From: Candidatus Latescibacterota bacterium
GTDB lineage: Bacteria > Latescibacterota > UBA2968 > GCA-2709665
Direction: 5' to 3'
Length of the DNA: 64,000 nucleotides
Assembly (NCBI GenBank): GCA_965219995.1
Contig: CBDCOX010000002.1
Span: 3,904,001-3,968,000, forward strand
Made by a program: the position numbers and the translations under genes. Below the pieces are notes generated by a model. It was given only the letters and a program-made list of their open reading frames with translations, did no database searches and was not told the origin of the DNA. Each line of letters opens with the position of its first letter. Position 1 is the stretch's first letter. Shown one piece after another: positions 19,893 through 29,010 of this stretch.

Positions 19893-20930
19893 TCAGAGGT
19901 CCTCCATCCATTCGAGGACGAACGGTTCGCCTTCGAGATATTTCCGGCAGGCGGCTTCCACGAAACGGGGTATTTTCGAGAAATCTTCTCCAGGATTCTC
20001 CGTACGCCAGGATAGGAGTCGAATGCAGGACTCGATATGGAAACTTTCGATTATTCGCAGATGGTTATCTGGAAGATTGTGCTGCCGTTCGTACCCGTCC
20101 AGAAAAGCCTGGCATCGCGCCGGACTCATCGGATTTACGACGAAGCACCATCCAACGTCTGCCAGTAAATGCCCGAACCGACACCAGTCGAAATCAATCG
20201 GACGGATCTCGCCCAGATGTACGATGCAATTGCCGCATGAGAAATCTCCGTGAAGCAGTCCCCGGGATTTCGGTGATCCGTTCATTTTCGCGATGTGCTC
20301 GATAATCTGGCGCACAGTCAGTTCCAGAACCGCGAAATCATCGGTGGCGATCCGTCCGTCCTCTGCGGCCGGACGTAAGCGGTTCAGGTCGAGTTGCAGG
20401 TCTTCATGTTCGCTCCCGGGACGAAAGAAGCCTTCGGGAAGGGTCCACTGACTGCCGTGCCGGTGGATTTTGCCGAGGACCGTTCCGACGTTGTAAAGTG
20501 TTTCCGATGGCAGGTCAACGAACACCTCTTCTCCGTAGTTGTCCCAGACCAACTCGCCGTCAATCCAGCGAAGAAGGGTCACAAGAAGGGACTGATTGCC
20601 ATCGGACGGGACGTCTGTGATGAGATCGCCTGACAGATTGCGGACGGGTTTCTGTATGACCAGATCGGTGTCGCGGTCCAGGGCTTCGAGCCAGAGAAGG
20701 TGGGACCGGATTGCTGTTCGATAATCATGGATGTCACCGTCTCCCCTGGCATAATACACGGTGACGAGCCAACTCCCGGATGCGCCGTCCGCACGGAACT
20801 TGACCATTCGGTAGCCGGAAAAGCCTATATGGCCCATTGGTTTGCGCGCGTCGATGCGGACTTCCCCTGTATCGTAGTTTTCCAGGGCCCGATCGGCAGC
20901 GTGCAGGTAATGCTGAAGATGCTCGCACAT
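19893..20930 (-). CDS. APH-like phosphotransferase
   Basis: LLHGDFSCGN, IDFDWC; the longer upstream ORF extension reads through repeat DNA. Confidence 0.85.
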   Translation of the reverse strand: MCEHLQHYLHAADRALENYDTGEVRIDARKPMGHIGFSGYRMVKFRADGASGSWLVTVYYARGDGDIHDYRTAIRSHLLWLEALDRDTDLVIQKPVRNLSGDLITDVPSDGNQSLLVTLLRWIDGELVWDNYGEEVFVDLPSETLYNVGTVLGKIHRHGSQWTLPEGFFRPGSEHEDLQLDLNRLRPAAEDGRIATDDFAVLELTVRQIIEHIAKMNGSPKSRGLLHGDFSCGNCIVHLGEIRPIDFDWCRFGHLLADVGWCFVVNPMSPARCQAFLDGYERQHNLPDNHLRIIESFHIESCIRLLSWRTENPGEDFSKIPRFVEAACRKYLEGEPFVLEWMEDL

Positions 20931-20960
20931 AAGCTCGGGAGCCCGTTTGACGCTCGAATG

Positions 20961-21193
20961 ACTCCCGCCTTGAGGGGGAGTCGCAGAAGCCGAGCCGATC
21001 CGCTGGCTCGTCGAAGGGCTATTGAATAGCGGGCATTTCGACAAGCTCAATGACCACGCGTAATTTAGTTCATTGGACGTCATGAAGCCGCTGGCAGGAG
21101 ACCCATAGCCTGCCCTGAACCGTTGTCCTGAGCCTGCTGTAAGGATTGTCGAAGGGTCGAAGGGCCGGCGACGGCTGATGCGGTGGGGGGATT
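20961..21193. repeat. Expanded REP-like repeat with nested internal units
   Basis: Starts actcccgccttgagggggagtcgcagaagccgagccg and ends ggcgacggctgatgcggtggggggatt, like 4659-4744; contains extra ttcgacaagctcaatgacc and cctgagcctg...tcgaagggtcgaaggg units. Confidence 0.8.
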
Positions 21194-21274
21194 GCAACAC
21201 CTTTTTGTTCACTTGCACCTTGAAAAAACATCAACGCGTTTTGCGGAGAGGTCTTTCTGTAAGACCCCAAATCC

Positions 21275-21949
21275 CTATTGCCTGCGTCCCACCAGGAGCG
21301 TAATGGGCGGATCCTGCCACGTGCATTCGGCAACGAATCCTGTCTCACGCATCGCGGCGAGCTCTTCTTCGACCGGGAAGTAGGTGTCTTCGGAGGACCA
21401 CTCATCGAAGTGCTTGTGGGCGCGCTGTTCGTCAATGCCGCGGGAAACCAGGTGGGCCGCCCAGATGCGGTAGGTCTGCTCGCGTTCCCCCTGGTCGGCG
21501 CTCATCGTCACGTCCCCGTTCACGAAAAGACCACCGCGGCGGAGCACCCGGTAGATGTGCTCGTACAGGGCGCGCTTGCGATCCATCAGGGGAATGTGAT
21601 GCAGGGCCAGGGAAGCGGCCACGGCATCGCATGGGGGCAGCGGCGCGTCGAACGAACATTCGCGGAAACGCGCACGGGACCCGAACCGTTTGAGCCGGGC
21701 GCGCGCCCGTTCCAGCATCTCCGGATCGACGTCGATGGCTTCAACGGTTTCCACGACGTCGTGTTCGAGCAGCACCTCGGCCAGCGCGCCCGTACCCGCG
21801 CCCAGGTCCAGCACCAGGGCGGGGCGGATGGCAGCGACCTCACGGGCGATCCGGTTCAATCCCTCTTCGTATCCCGGGATGAACCTCCGGATCGTCTCGT
21901 CGTAGGCATCGATCTCAAGTCGAAGATGATTTCGAACGGAGTGACTCAT
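21275..21949 (-). CDS. Class I SAM-dependent methyltransferase
   Basis: VLDLGAGTG, ID.DPEML, SLALHH, L..GGLFVNGD. Confidence 0.9.
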   Translation of the reverse strand: MSHSVRNHLRLEIDAYDETIRRFIPGYEEGLNRIAREVAAIRPALVLDLGAGTGALAEVLLEHDVVETVEAIDVDPEMLERARARLKRFGSRARFRECSFDAPLPPCDAVAASLALHHIPLMDRKRALYEHIYRVLRRGGLFVNGDVTMSADQGEREQTYRIWAAHLVSRGIDEQRAHKHFDEWSSEDTYFPVEEELAAMRETGFVAECTWQDPPITLLVGRRQ

Positions 21950-21968
21950 TTTCGGATATTGATCCGTA

Positions 21969-23162
21969 TCAGTCCTTGTACGGATCGAACACGTCAGCAC
22001 CGGCCATAGCCACTCCCAACGGCGTCAACGTGTGCATCACGTCAATACAACCCTCGTGGTTCTCGATCACATCGTCAATGCGGCGATAGCAGTGCGGGCT
22101 TTCGTCCGTTCCGCCACCCCTCAACTGAACGCCCATAGGACGTATCCACTCGTGCATCATATCCATCGAAATCTCACCTGGCTTTTTCAAAATACGGCGC
22201 CCGCGCCTACGCCTCCACTTGCCCGCCGCCCGCGTACGGCTCATCACACGCCCCGCCCCGTGGATCGTCGAATACAACGCCTGCTTGTTCTCGTCAGTAT
22301 CCTTGCCGCGAATGATGTAGCTCTTGTCTCCCATCGAACCTCCAACGAAAGACCACTGACCGGGGAAGGAAGGCGTGGAACCCTTACGGACGACGTGATA
22401 CGTCTGGCCGTTGTGTTCCTCTTCCCACGAAAAGTTGTGGTGATTATTAACAACATCTTCCACCACGCCGCCGATAATGTGGGCCGCCTTGCCACAGACC
22501 CACTTGCGACCCTTCTCCGCCAGAAGACCGGCCAGTTCCATGCACGCCCTGTACTCCCGGCCCAGGTCCGAGTCAACATCCAACAACGCGGGAGCCACGT
22601 GCATACCGTCCTCACCGCCTGCCGCCTTGATGTAATGCGTGGCGATCTTGTGGCCGAAGCCCCGCGAACCGAAGTGAACGCCTACCCACACGCGACCTTC
22701 CTCGTCTTCAAAAACGTCCACGTAATGATTGCCGGAACCCACTGTGCCAAGCTGGCCCTCCGCCAGTCGCTTCAGGGTCTTCGCCGGCTCGATGTCCCAC
22801 GCCGGGTGGCCGCCATGCTCGAAGATCGGATCGTCGACCGTCTCTTTGTTCTTCATACCTATCCCGAACGAGATTTCGTCAAATATCGTATCCATGATCG
22901 CGGCAATGTTCGCCTTCACGTGGCCAAGCGGAGAATCGAGGCGTACGGCCGTGTTGCCGCAACCTATGTCGAAACCAACACCCGATGGAGAAACCTTGTC
23001 AGGATACGCTACAACGCCACCGATGGGCATCGAGTATCCCACGTGATGATCTGCCATAAGGGCAGCGACAGAACCCTTCGTACGGCAGCGGATGATCTGC
23101 TCTACAGCCTCGGGCGTGGGAGGCCCGAACACAAAAACGTCATCGACAATCTGTGCCATCAT
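21969..23162 (-). CDS. rtcB: RtcB family RNA ligase
   Basis: DHHVGYSMPIG, GFDIGCG, LGTVGSGNHY, HFGSRGFG, HHN, RKG, GSMG, S..HGAGR, DESP..Y all present. Confidence 0.93.
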   Translation of the reverse strand: MMAQIVDDVFVFGPPTPEAVEQIIRCRTKGSVAALMADHHVGYSMPIGGVVAYPDKVSPSGVGFDIGCGNTAVRLDSPLGHVKANIAAIMDTIFDEISFGIGMKNKETVDDPIFEHGGHPAWDIEPAKTLKRLAEGQLGTVGSGNHYVDVFEDEEGRVWVGVHFGSRGFGHKIATHYIKAAGGEDGMHVAPALLDVDSDLGREYRACMELAGLLAEKGRKWVCGKAAHIIGGVVEDVVNNHHNFSWEEEHNGQTYHVVRKGSTPSFPGQWSFVGGSMGDKSYIIRGKDTDENKQALYSTIHGAGRVMSRTRAAGKWRRRRGRRILKKPGEISMDMMHEWIRPMGVQLRGGGTDESPHCYRRIDDVIENHEGCIDVMHTLTPLGVAMAGADVFDPYKD

Positions 23163-23434
23163 GATACCTCGTACTCTTCATGAAGTTTATCATCATCCAA
23201 CACTTCGGCTTTGTGGCCGTCTGCAACAAGCCAACTTCCTTCCGGGATTTCACAACTCAGAGTTACGCGGTGATATGATTTGTTGGTTCCGGGAATCAGA
23301 ACCCCTTTGAATTCCCCCACGAAAAACGCCGGCTCCCGCTTCGCAATCCAGTACTCTACCTCGTTCAAATTGCGTCCAAGATACCGGATTGCATCGAACT
23401 TCTTGCGGTAACGCTTTGGGTATTTAACTACAAT
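23159..23434 (-). CDS. Small phage-type hypothetical protein (YRKK...G.W.V...YE pattern)
   Basis: The frame extends upstream of the TTG call to IVVKYPKRYRKKFDAIRYLGRN; GAGGTG RBS precedes an ATT codon; the stop overlaps the rtcB start. Confidence 0.6.
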   Translation of the reverse strand: MVVKYPKRYRKKFDAIRYLGRNLNEVEYWIAKREPAFFVGEFKGVLIPGTNKSYHRVTLSCEIPEGSWLVADGHKAEVLDDDKLHEEYEVS

Positions 23435-23552
23435 GTGTCACCTCAGTTCCGTACGAACCCGTAGAAGCAAAGCATGTACAATTCCGGTCGCGGGTGCCTC
23501 GGGCGGAAACCTGTTGCGATGCTGGATCAGCGGGATCCATCCACCCGATGGG

Positions 23553-24335
23553 TCAGAGATTGCCAGATTCGTCTTCACGTGGCTTTTTTTGCTCCCACCA
23601 TCGCTTCGCCGAGGTCAGGCACGCAACCCCTTTTTCGATCAGGTCCAGGGCGGTGTCCGGCCCGGGTCGCTCTTCACGGTAATGCATCAGGACGGACGCA
23701 TAGAATTCACGCATTTGTCGTCTGAGTCCGAGGTCCTCAGGAAGCGCATCGCAAGCCCGGTCCTTCGGAAGTTGCCAGGCCGATATCGGATCGTTCGAAT
23801 GAATCGTCAGCACTTGAAAGAGGACCGGCCATACTTTCGTGCACAGCAGTCTCACGTCCCTCTCGAGCCGTCCGTCCCCGTGATCGAGAAGACCCTTGCG
23901 CAGGAAGTCAGGCGACGGTTCCAGGGCGGCCAACGCTTGGCTGGCGGACGCGACAAGCTGTTCGGCGCTCGCTTCTGCCACCGGCAGGCGGCCGCGGACA
24001 ACCCGATACGTTCCGGGGACCGGGCCGTGATTGTCATCCGCCGCCTGCTGGACTGGAGTCGGGGTGCACTGGATATATCGGAACGGACGGGGGTCGATCA
24101 TTGCTAGATCACGGTGGATCCCCAGACCAAGTGTAAGCGGAAGGCATCCATCTGCATCGAAAGCGGCGGCGTCCAGAAAGAGTTGAAAGTCGATATCGCT
24201 GCATCCCGCGATGAAGCCTCCCTTGACGGCGGAACCGAAAACAATCAGTCCGGCGAACCATCCCTTCGTATGGGAATGGATGACGGCGGCCACCGATTCC
24301 ACGATATCTCCGGCTTCCTCGACCGCAAACTTCAT
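23553..24335 (-). CDS. Nucleotidyltransferase-fold protein
   Basis: FGSAVKGGF..GCSDIDF (GS..DxD). Confidence 0.75.
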   Translation of the reverse strand: MKFAVEEAGDIVESVAAVIHSHTKGWFAGLIVFGSAVKGGFIAGCSDIDFQLFLDAAAFDADGCLPLTLGLGIHRDLAMIDPRPFRYIQCTPTPVQQAADDNHGPVPGTYRVVRGRLPVAEASAEQLVASASQALAALEPSPDFLRKGLLDHGDGRLERDVRLLCTKVWPVLFQVLTIHSNDPISAWQLPKDRACDALPEDLGLRRQMREFYASVLMHYREERPGPDTALDLIEKGVACLTSAKRWWEQKKPREDESGNL

Positions 24336-24344
24336 TTCAGGGAT

Positions 24345-24492
24345 CAACCTCAATTCGAAAAAAGAAAACCGAAAAATTGGCCACAAAAAGCACAAAGGGC
24401 ACAAAAAGCATCCGTGCAAAGCGGCGTGTGTCGTAACGCGGCGACCCTGCAGTTATTTCCACACCGGGCCGAAAAGGTCGTCCAAAAGCACT
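24345..24492. repeat. Dispersed non-coding repeat with CACAAAGGG 9-mers (copy 1)
   Basis: caacctcaatt..aaaaaga.aaccg..aaattggccacaaaa.gcacaaagggcaca...cggcgtgtg.cgtaacgc...ctgcag matches the reverse complement of 46131-46265. Confidence 0.8.
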
Positions 24493-24640
24493 CTTTTCGT
24501 TCACGTCCAGTGACCTGAAGTTTCCTGGAAATCCGATGTTAACTCGCCTTTATCAACTTGCGTATATTCGATTCAACGTCATAGAAGAATGACGAATCAG
24601 AGTCAATTCCTGTCAAAAGGCCATCACTTATCGTGAACAG

Positions 24641-25870
24641 TCATCTGGAGTATGTCCGGGCTTCAATCGCCTCTACGGCTGCCTGATTCACGTAGCTCCG
24701 GTCGTGAAATCGAGCGGCGTATTCGATCGGCGTCACATCTCGATATTTTCGTACAGCTTCATCAGCGGTAAACTTCAGGCCCTTTCGGATGGACGCCCGA
24801 TGGGACGGATCCGCTCCTCTGTCGAGGAGCTCGATAGTTACTCTGTCTTCCTTCCGGCCTTTCTTGACGACACAGTTGAACAGCGGGGTGTGCCCCCCAA
24901 AGCCGTCGGCATCGACGTCGGCCGCCGCGTTCGGGTCCGCGCCGTGTTCGATTGCCCAATCGAAGACCTCATCCTCGTCAAATTCGATCGCCATGTGCAG
25001 GAGCGTAGTCCCGTCCAGCGGTGTACCGTGGAGACCGGTGTCGTCGCCGACACGGAAGTCAGGAGGATAGATGTCGTCATACCCAAACCTGCGGGAAATA
25101 AGTTCGGGGTCCCTGTCAAGATGACGCTCCAGCAAGTCGATCCGCCCAAAATGGAAAGCCAGAGCGGGGGTTTCCGGGAATTCCACGCCACTTTCGGCAA
25201 GGATTTTCAAACACTCGTGTTTTCCGACCGGGTTGCGGCTGTATGTCTCCAGGACCATCGCGGCCGGCGCGGTGAAGTCCCCATCTGCGTCGCAAAGTTC
25301 CCCGCCCAGATCCAGAACCATCTGCAGTCCCTTGCTGTTCAGGGTTTCACAGGCGCCCATCGCGACGCCGCGTTCTACTCGTGCGCCTTTCTTAACCAGC
25401 GCATGAGCGGTTTCGGCATTTCCCTGAAGGATGGCTCGCCCGAAAGCGTGTTGGATCTCGGGACTGCCCAGATCGGCCAGCATCTCCACAATTCCGGTCT
25501 TGCCCAGTTCAGCGGCAAACCCCATCGCGGCGCCCCAGTGTGAACCCCGCCCGCGAGCTTCTTCTGTCAGGAGTTCGGGGTGCTTCCTGACCAGCTCACG
25601 AACGGTTTCCAGGTCTTCGCGAGACACGGCTGCACACAGTCTGGCCGCAAGCAGCAATCTGGGCCAGCTTGCATATCGATACATACGCGCGAGCACGAGT
25701 TGTGCGTCGGCCAGCCTGGCGCTTTCGGGGGAGACGTCCCGTGGATGCAGACTCTCAAAGGCGGAAACGGCCTCGGGATCGCCCGATCGATAGGCGGCCA
25801 GAAGCGATTTTGCCCGCTTCCTGAGGTTCTCGATGTTGGGATTGACGGGAAGACTTTGACGGCGGGGCAT
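24641..25870 (-). CDS. Ankyrin repeat protein with N-terminal 'LP..PN.E.LRKRAK.LL...LADAQ..LAR.Y...SW..L' domain
   Basis: GTTLLHMAIEF, GADPNA, GHTPLF, LLDRGADP ankyrin motifs; GGAGG RBS. Confidence 0.85.
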   Translation of the reverse strand: MPRRQSLPVNPNIENLRKRAKSLLAAYRSGDPEAVSAFESLHPRDVSPESARLADAQLVLARMYRYASWPRLLLAARLCAAVSREDLETVRELVRKHPELLTEEARGRGSHWGAAMGFAAELGKTGIVEMLADLGSPEIQHAFGRAILQGNAETAHALVKKGARVERGVAMGACETLNSKGLQMVLDLGGELCDADGDFTAPAAMVLETYSRNPVGKHECLKILAESGVEFPETPALAFHFGRIDLLERHLDRDPELISRRFGYDDIYPPDFRVGDDTGLHGTPLDGTTLLHMAIEFDEDEVFDWAIEHGADPNAAADVDADGFGGHTPLFNCVVKKGRKEDRVTIELLDRGADPSHRASIRKGLKFTADEAVRKYRDVTPIEYAARFHDRSYVNQAAVEAIEARTYSR

Positions 25871-26005
25871 AGCAGCCTCCTCTCGCAGAGTCGCCCGGCG
25901 TCCGCATCTTCGGGCAGAAAGAAGGTGCTATCGGAACTTCAGGATCTGGTGAGGTGGGTGGGCTTAGCCCTTTCCGCGGACCGGAGGCTCCCTTTCGAGC
26001 ACGGC
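25871..26005 (-). ncRNA. Candidate structured cis-regulatory leader RNA of the ankyrin gene
   Basis: AGCCUCC (25983-25989) is complementary to the SD-containing GGAGGCU (25874-25880); GUCCGC/GCGGAC long-range helix; GGGC-UAA-GCCC hairpin. Confidence 0.5.
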
Positions 26006-26009
26006 AGTT

Positions 26010-26038
26010 AAAATAACCATAACCGGGCCCCATGGCAA
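26010..26038 (-). promoter_or_regulatory. sigma70-type promoter for the ankyrin gene
   Basis: TTGCCA-17 bp-TATTTT on the minus strand. Confidence 0.55.
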
Positions 26039-26189
26039 GCCGGCTCTTTGAGTATCTCCGGCAGGAAGGTTAAACGTACGCTGTTTCGGCGGCTTCCAGA
26101 TAATCAAGGCCTCGCGGGCATTCTAACACCTGGTGCAAGGACGCCGCCAGGAATAACGACGGCGTACACGAAGGAAGCGCCCGGCTGTT

Positions 26190-26468
26190 TTATACCAACG
26201 CGATGCGCAGTTGCCGGCCGAGAGCCCTTGCAGCGCGGTCCAGTGTCCGCAGGGTTACCGAAGCATTGGAGGCGTCGAGCAAACGGTCCAGCGCCGATCG
26301 GCTGGTTTGCATACGCCTCGCCATCTCGGACTTGGACAGCTTGTGTTCCTTCATGAACTGGCTCAACTGAAACGCAATCACGCGTTTTGCTGCCGTCGCT
26401 TCTGATTCACTGAGGAGACCCTCTTCCTCGAGGAACTCATCGAAATTGCTGCCGAAGTGTTTTCTCAT
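26190..26468 (-). CDS. XRE/HigA-type antitoxin (orphan)
   Basis: H.GS.FDEFLEEEG...KRVIAFQL...SKSEMARRMQTSRS.LDRLLD..N.SVTL.TL..AA.ALG; GGAGG RBS; no toxin upstream. Confidence 0.88.
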   Translation of the reverse strand: MRKHFGSNFDEFLEEEGLLSESEATAAKRVIAFQLSQFMKEHKLSKSEMARRMQTSRSALDRLLDASNASVTLRTLDRAARALGRQLRIALV

Positions 26469-26518
26469 CTCGCCTCCCATAACGTCATGAGCCCAACTTG
26501 TCACACGAAGAGTGTTTC

Positions 26519-26805
26519 TCACAGGAAGTCGCGCAATGCCAGCAGGTTTTCGATCTCCGCGAATGGCTGACCGTCGCCGGGTTCTCTGCCTTGCCGATTG
26601 ACCCAGATTCCCCTGATTCCGGCCTCTTGCGCTCCGGCGATGTCTTTATTGAGATTGTCTCCGACCATCAATGTCTGGTCGGGGCCGGCATCCGCAAGCC
26701 GGAGCGCATGCTCGAAAAAACGGGGATCCTGAGCGCGACGGGTTTTTCGAGAACGATCGTCTCGTCAAGATCGAACAGGATCGTTCTCACTGCGTCCTGG
26801 CTCAT
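26519..26805 (-). pseudogene. HAD-family hydrolase remnant (internal deletion plus frameshift)
   Basis: MSQDAVRTILFDLDET (motif I) is joined out of frame to DPRFFEHAL...MVGDNLNKDIAGAQEAGIRGIWVNR (motifs III/IV). Confidence 0.8.
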
Positions 26806-26845
26806 CGGTTCGCCCGTCTTCCCGCTTTCTCAATGTAGTTTTCGC

Positions 26846-27244
26846 TCAGCCACCCGGCGCGGCCCCGGCAGGAGACCGATCCCGCGCGGCGGACCGGAAC
26901 AGCTGCGCCGATGCGATCCATAGCGCGATGAAGAATCCGTTGAATCCAAGGATCTCGCGTACGGACATGTACGGCGCGTGGTGCAACCCGGCGATCAGCG
27001 CGATTACAGCGACCAGCGTCTGCGCGAGCGCGGTTGCGAAGACTGCGCGCGCCATTCCGGCCGGCCGAAAGCGCGCGGCGACGGCGCAGATGATGCCCAC
27101 CGCGAATACGCCGATGAACATCAGATCGGCGGGGTTGCCCTCGCGCCCGAGAACGCCGACGGCGCCGATCATCCAGGCGAGGAGTAATGGGGTAGCGAGC
27201 GCAAGGCCCACGGCGAGTTTGTACACGGGTTTGCCCATCTTCAT
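26846..27244 (-). CDS. Hypothetical 4-TM membrane protein
   Basis: Hydrophobic helices, GAVG.LG.EG.PA.LM motif; AGGA RBS. Confidence 0.75.
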   Translation of the reverse strand: MKMGKPVYKLAVGLALATPLLLAWMIGAVGVLGREGNPADLMFIGVFAVGIICAVAARFRPAGMARAVFATALAQTLVAVIALIAGLHHAPYMSVREILGFNGFFIALWIASAQLFRSAARDRSPAGAAPGG

Positions 27245-27301
27245 TCCTTTCCCCCGGCGTTCGCTCGTTTCTCCCGTCGATGTTTCTTTGCTCGCGGACA
27301 G

Positions 27302-28111
27302 CTACTTCTCCACGACAAAGACGACATGGTCGGTTATATCTCTGAACTGAGGCAACTCCGACGTCTCCGGTGCGAATTCCAGGACATTCTCATATGCTTC
27401 GGGTTCGTTCTCTCTCAGCGACTCGAAAAGTGGCGCCATGCCTCCGACAAAGCCCTGCGCGCCTGCGTAGCTTACAATTCGCAGTCCTGCGTCCCGGAGT
27501 TCGTTGCCGGCGATCTCAGGGTTGGACCAGTGACACTCCGTAAAGTTCGGGCGTTCATGGTCTTCAAAATTCGTTTCGCCGAGCAAGCTCCGCAGAAAGG
27601 CGGGATTGCGGTAGAGGTGGGGGAAACCGGCCACTCCCGTTCGGAGCAAACCCCATGCATTGAGGAAGGCGACAATTGCCCTGCTCCCCGGTTTCAGAAT
27701 GCGAATCATCTCCCTCAAAGCTTGTGCTCGATCATCCCGCTCGATCAAGTGATAAAGCGGACCGAGAAGGAGGGCCGCGTCGAACGACTCGTCGGCAAGA
27801 ACGCCCAGGTCGCGTGCGTCTCCATGGATAAACTCCGTTGCATTGACTCCTTCCGATGCAAAGGCACGCTCTGCCCGCGCCAGCAGTTTTCCGGACAGGT
27901 CGCATAACGTCATCCGGTACCCGCGTCTGGCGAGCTCGATGGAATAGCGACCCGGACCGCTCCCGATATCGCACACGTCTCCGTTCACGGGAAAGTATTT
28001 CTTGATTAGCCGGAGGGTAGAAGCGAACTCGATTCGTGCAAGCCCCGTGTCCAGTCGTTCCCACTCGCGCTCAGGCGCCGAGTCGTAGTAGTCCCGGACG
28101 TGCGTGCTCAT
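27302..28111 (-). CDS. Class I SAM-dependent methyltransferase
   Basis: YYD....EWERL, DIGSGPGRYS, LLLGPLYHL, LKPG. Confidence 0.9.
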   Translation of the reverse strand: MSTHVRDYYDSAPEREWERLDTGLARIEFASTLRLIKKYFPVNGDVCDIGSGPGRYSIELARRGYRMTLCDLSGKLLARAERAFASEGVNATEFIHGDARDLGVLADESFDAALLLGPLYHLIERDDRAQALREMIRILKPGSRAIVAFLNAWGLLRTGVAGFPHLYRNPAFLRSLLGETNFEDHERPNFTECHWSNPEIAGNELRDAGLRIVSYAGAQGFVGGMAPLFESLRENEPEAYENVLEFAPETSELPQFRDITDHVVFVVEK

Positions 28112-28157
28112 TCAAGCACCAATCTCCCTCGACGTCTTCATGGTCTTCGACTCTCGA

Positions 28158-28961
28158 TCAAGCCGATGGTTCACGAAGCGCCGCTTCCCATAGCCCGGAA
28201 ACATCCTGAGCGCATCCGACCTCGGGAAAATACCGGGCCATGTTTTCTGCGCAGATCGACCGGACCATTTCTTCGATATACCCCGGGTCTACGAGGGACT
28301 CGAGCCGGTCCTGCCAGGTGCTGCGGTTCTGATGCCCGTTGTCCACGTCGAGCGAATCCACAGGGATTTCCAGGAAGTCCGCCAATCGCCCGTGCGAACG
28401 AGCCAGTTCGTGGGTCCTGATCACCAGACGGCGTTCTACCGGAATCGGCCCGGTGCACCTGTCGACATGATCGTTCCAGGCGTGCAGGAAGGCCGGGATC
28501 GAATAGAGCCCTCGCTCCGCAAGCGCGCGGTCGTGACGTGAGTGGGGATAGCGTTCCGGCTTGATCCACCAGGGGAGAAAGTCCAGGATTTCCGATGGCA
28601 TCTCGCGGCTGATCAGGTGTCCGACAGCCGATTGAAGCCAACTATAGCTGTCACGGACGAGAACGATGAACCTGGCGGAAGGGAAGAGGTGCAACAGATG
28701 GCCGATGACGAACTGGTTCACCCACGAGACATCGTATTCCAGGTTCAGCCGGGTATCGCGTTCACGGAGGAACACTCGGAAGGCGGAGGCGGAGACTTCA
28801 CCCCGGGCCTCGCGGAGAATCATGTCGAGCAACTCGGGGCGCTCCGGTTCGTGCGCCGCGAGGTAGTTGGTTGAAAGCAACCCAACGAGAGATGCCGTTC
28901 CGGACTTTGCCTGCCCGACGCAGAAGGCTTTGACACGGACGGACGTGTGGCTATCAGTCAC
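28158..28961 (-). CDS. Sulfotransferase-family protein
   Basis: GQAKSGTASL (5'-PSB loop), HEP, FIVLVRD..SW.QS (3'-PB). Confidence 0.78.
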   Translation of the reverse strand: MTDSHTSVRVKAFCVGQAKSGTASLVGLLSTNYLAAHEPERPELLDMILREARGEVSASAFRVFLRERDTRLNLEYDVSWVNQFVIGHLLHLFPSARFIVLVRDSYSWLQSAVGHLISREMPSEILDFLPWWIKPERYPHSRHDRALAERGLYSIPAFLHAWNDHVDRCTGPIPVERRLVIRTHELARSHGRLADFLEIPVDSLDVDNGHQNRSTWQDRLESLVDPGYIEEMVRSICAENMARYFPEVGCAQDVSGLWEAALREPSA

Positions 28962-29010
28962 AGGTTTCTCCGGATTCGTGAAAGCACCGGACGCGTTCTG
29001 GCGCCTTTTT

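Noticed and set aside
20931-21218. N-terminal extension of the phosphotransferase
   Set aside because: It is a translation of the REP-like repeat region, not a protein domain.
21239-21252. TTTTGCGGAGAGGTCT as an IS terminal repeat
   Set aside because: A single short motif with no partner end or transposase in the window.
23466-23483. sigma54 promoter for rtcB (TTGTACATGCTTTGCT)
   Set aside because: The invariant -24 GG is missing and no RtcR-type activator is present.
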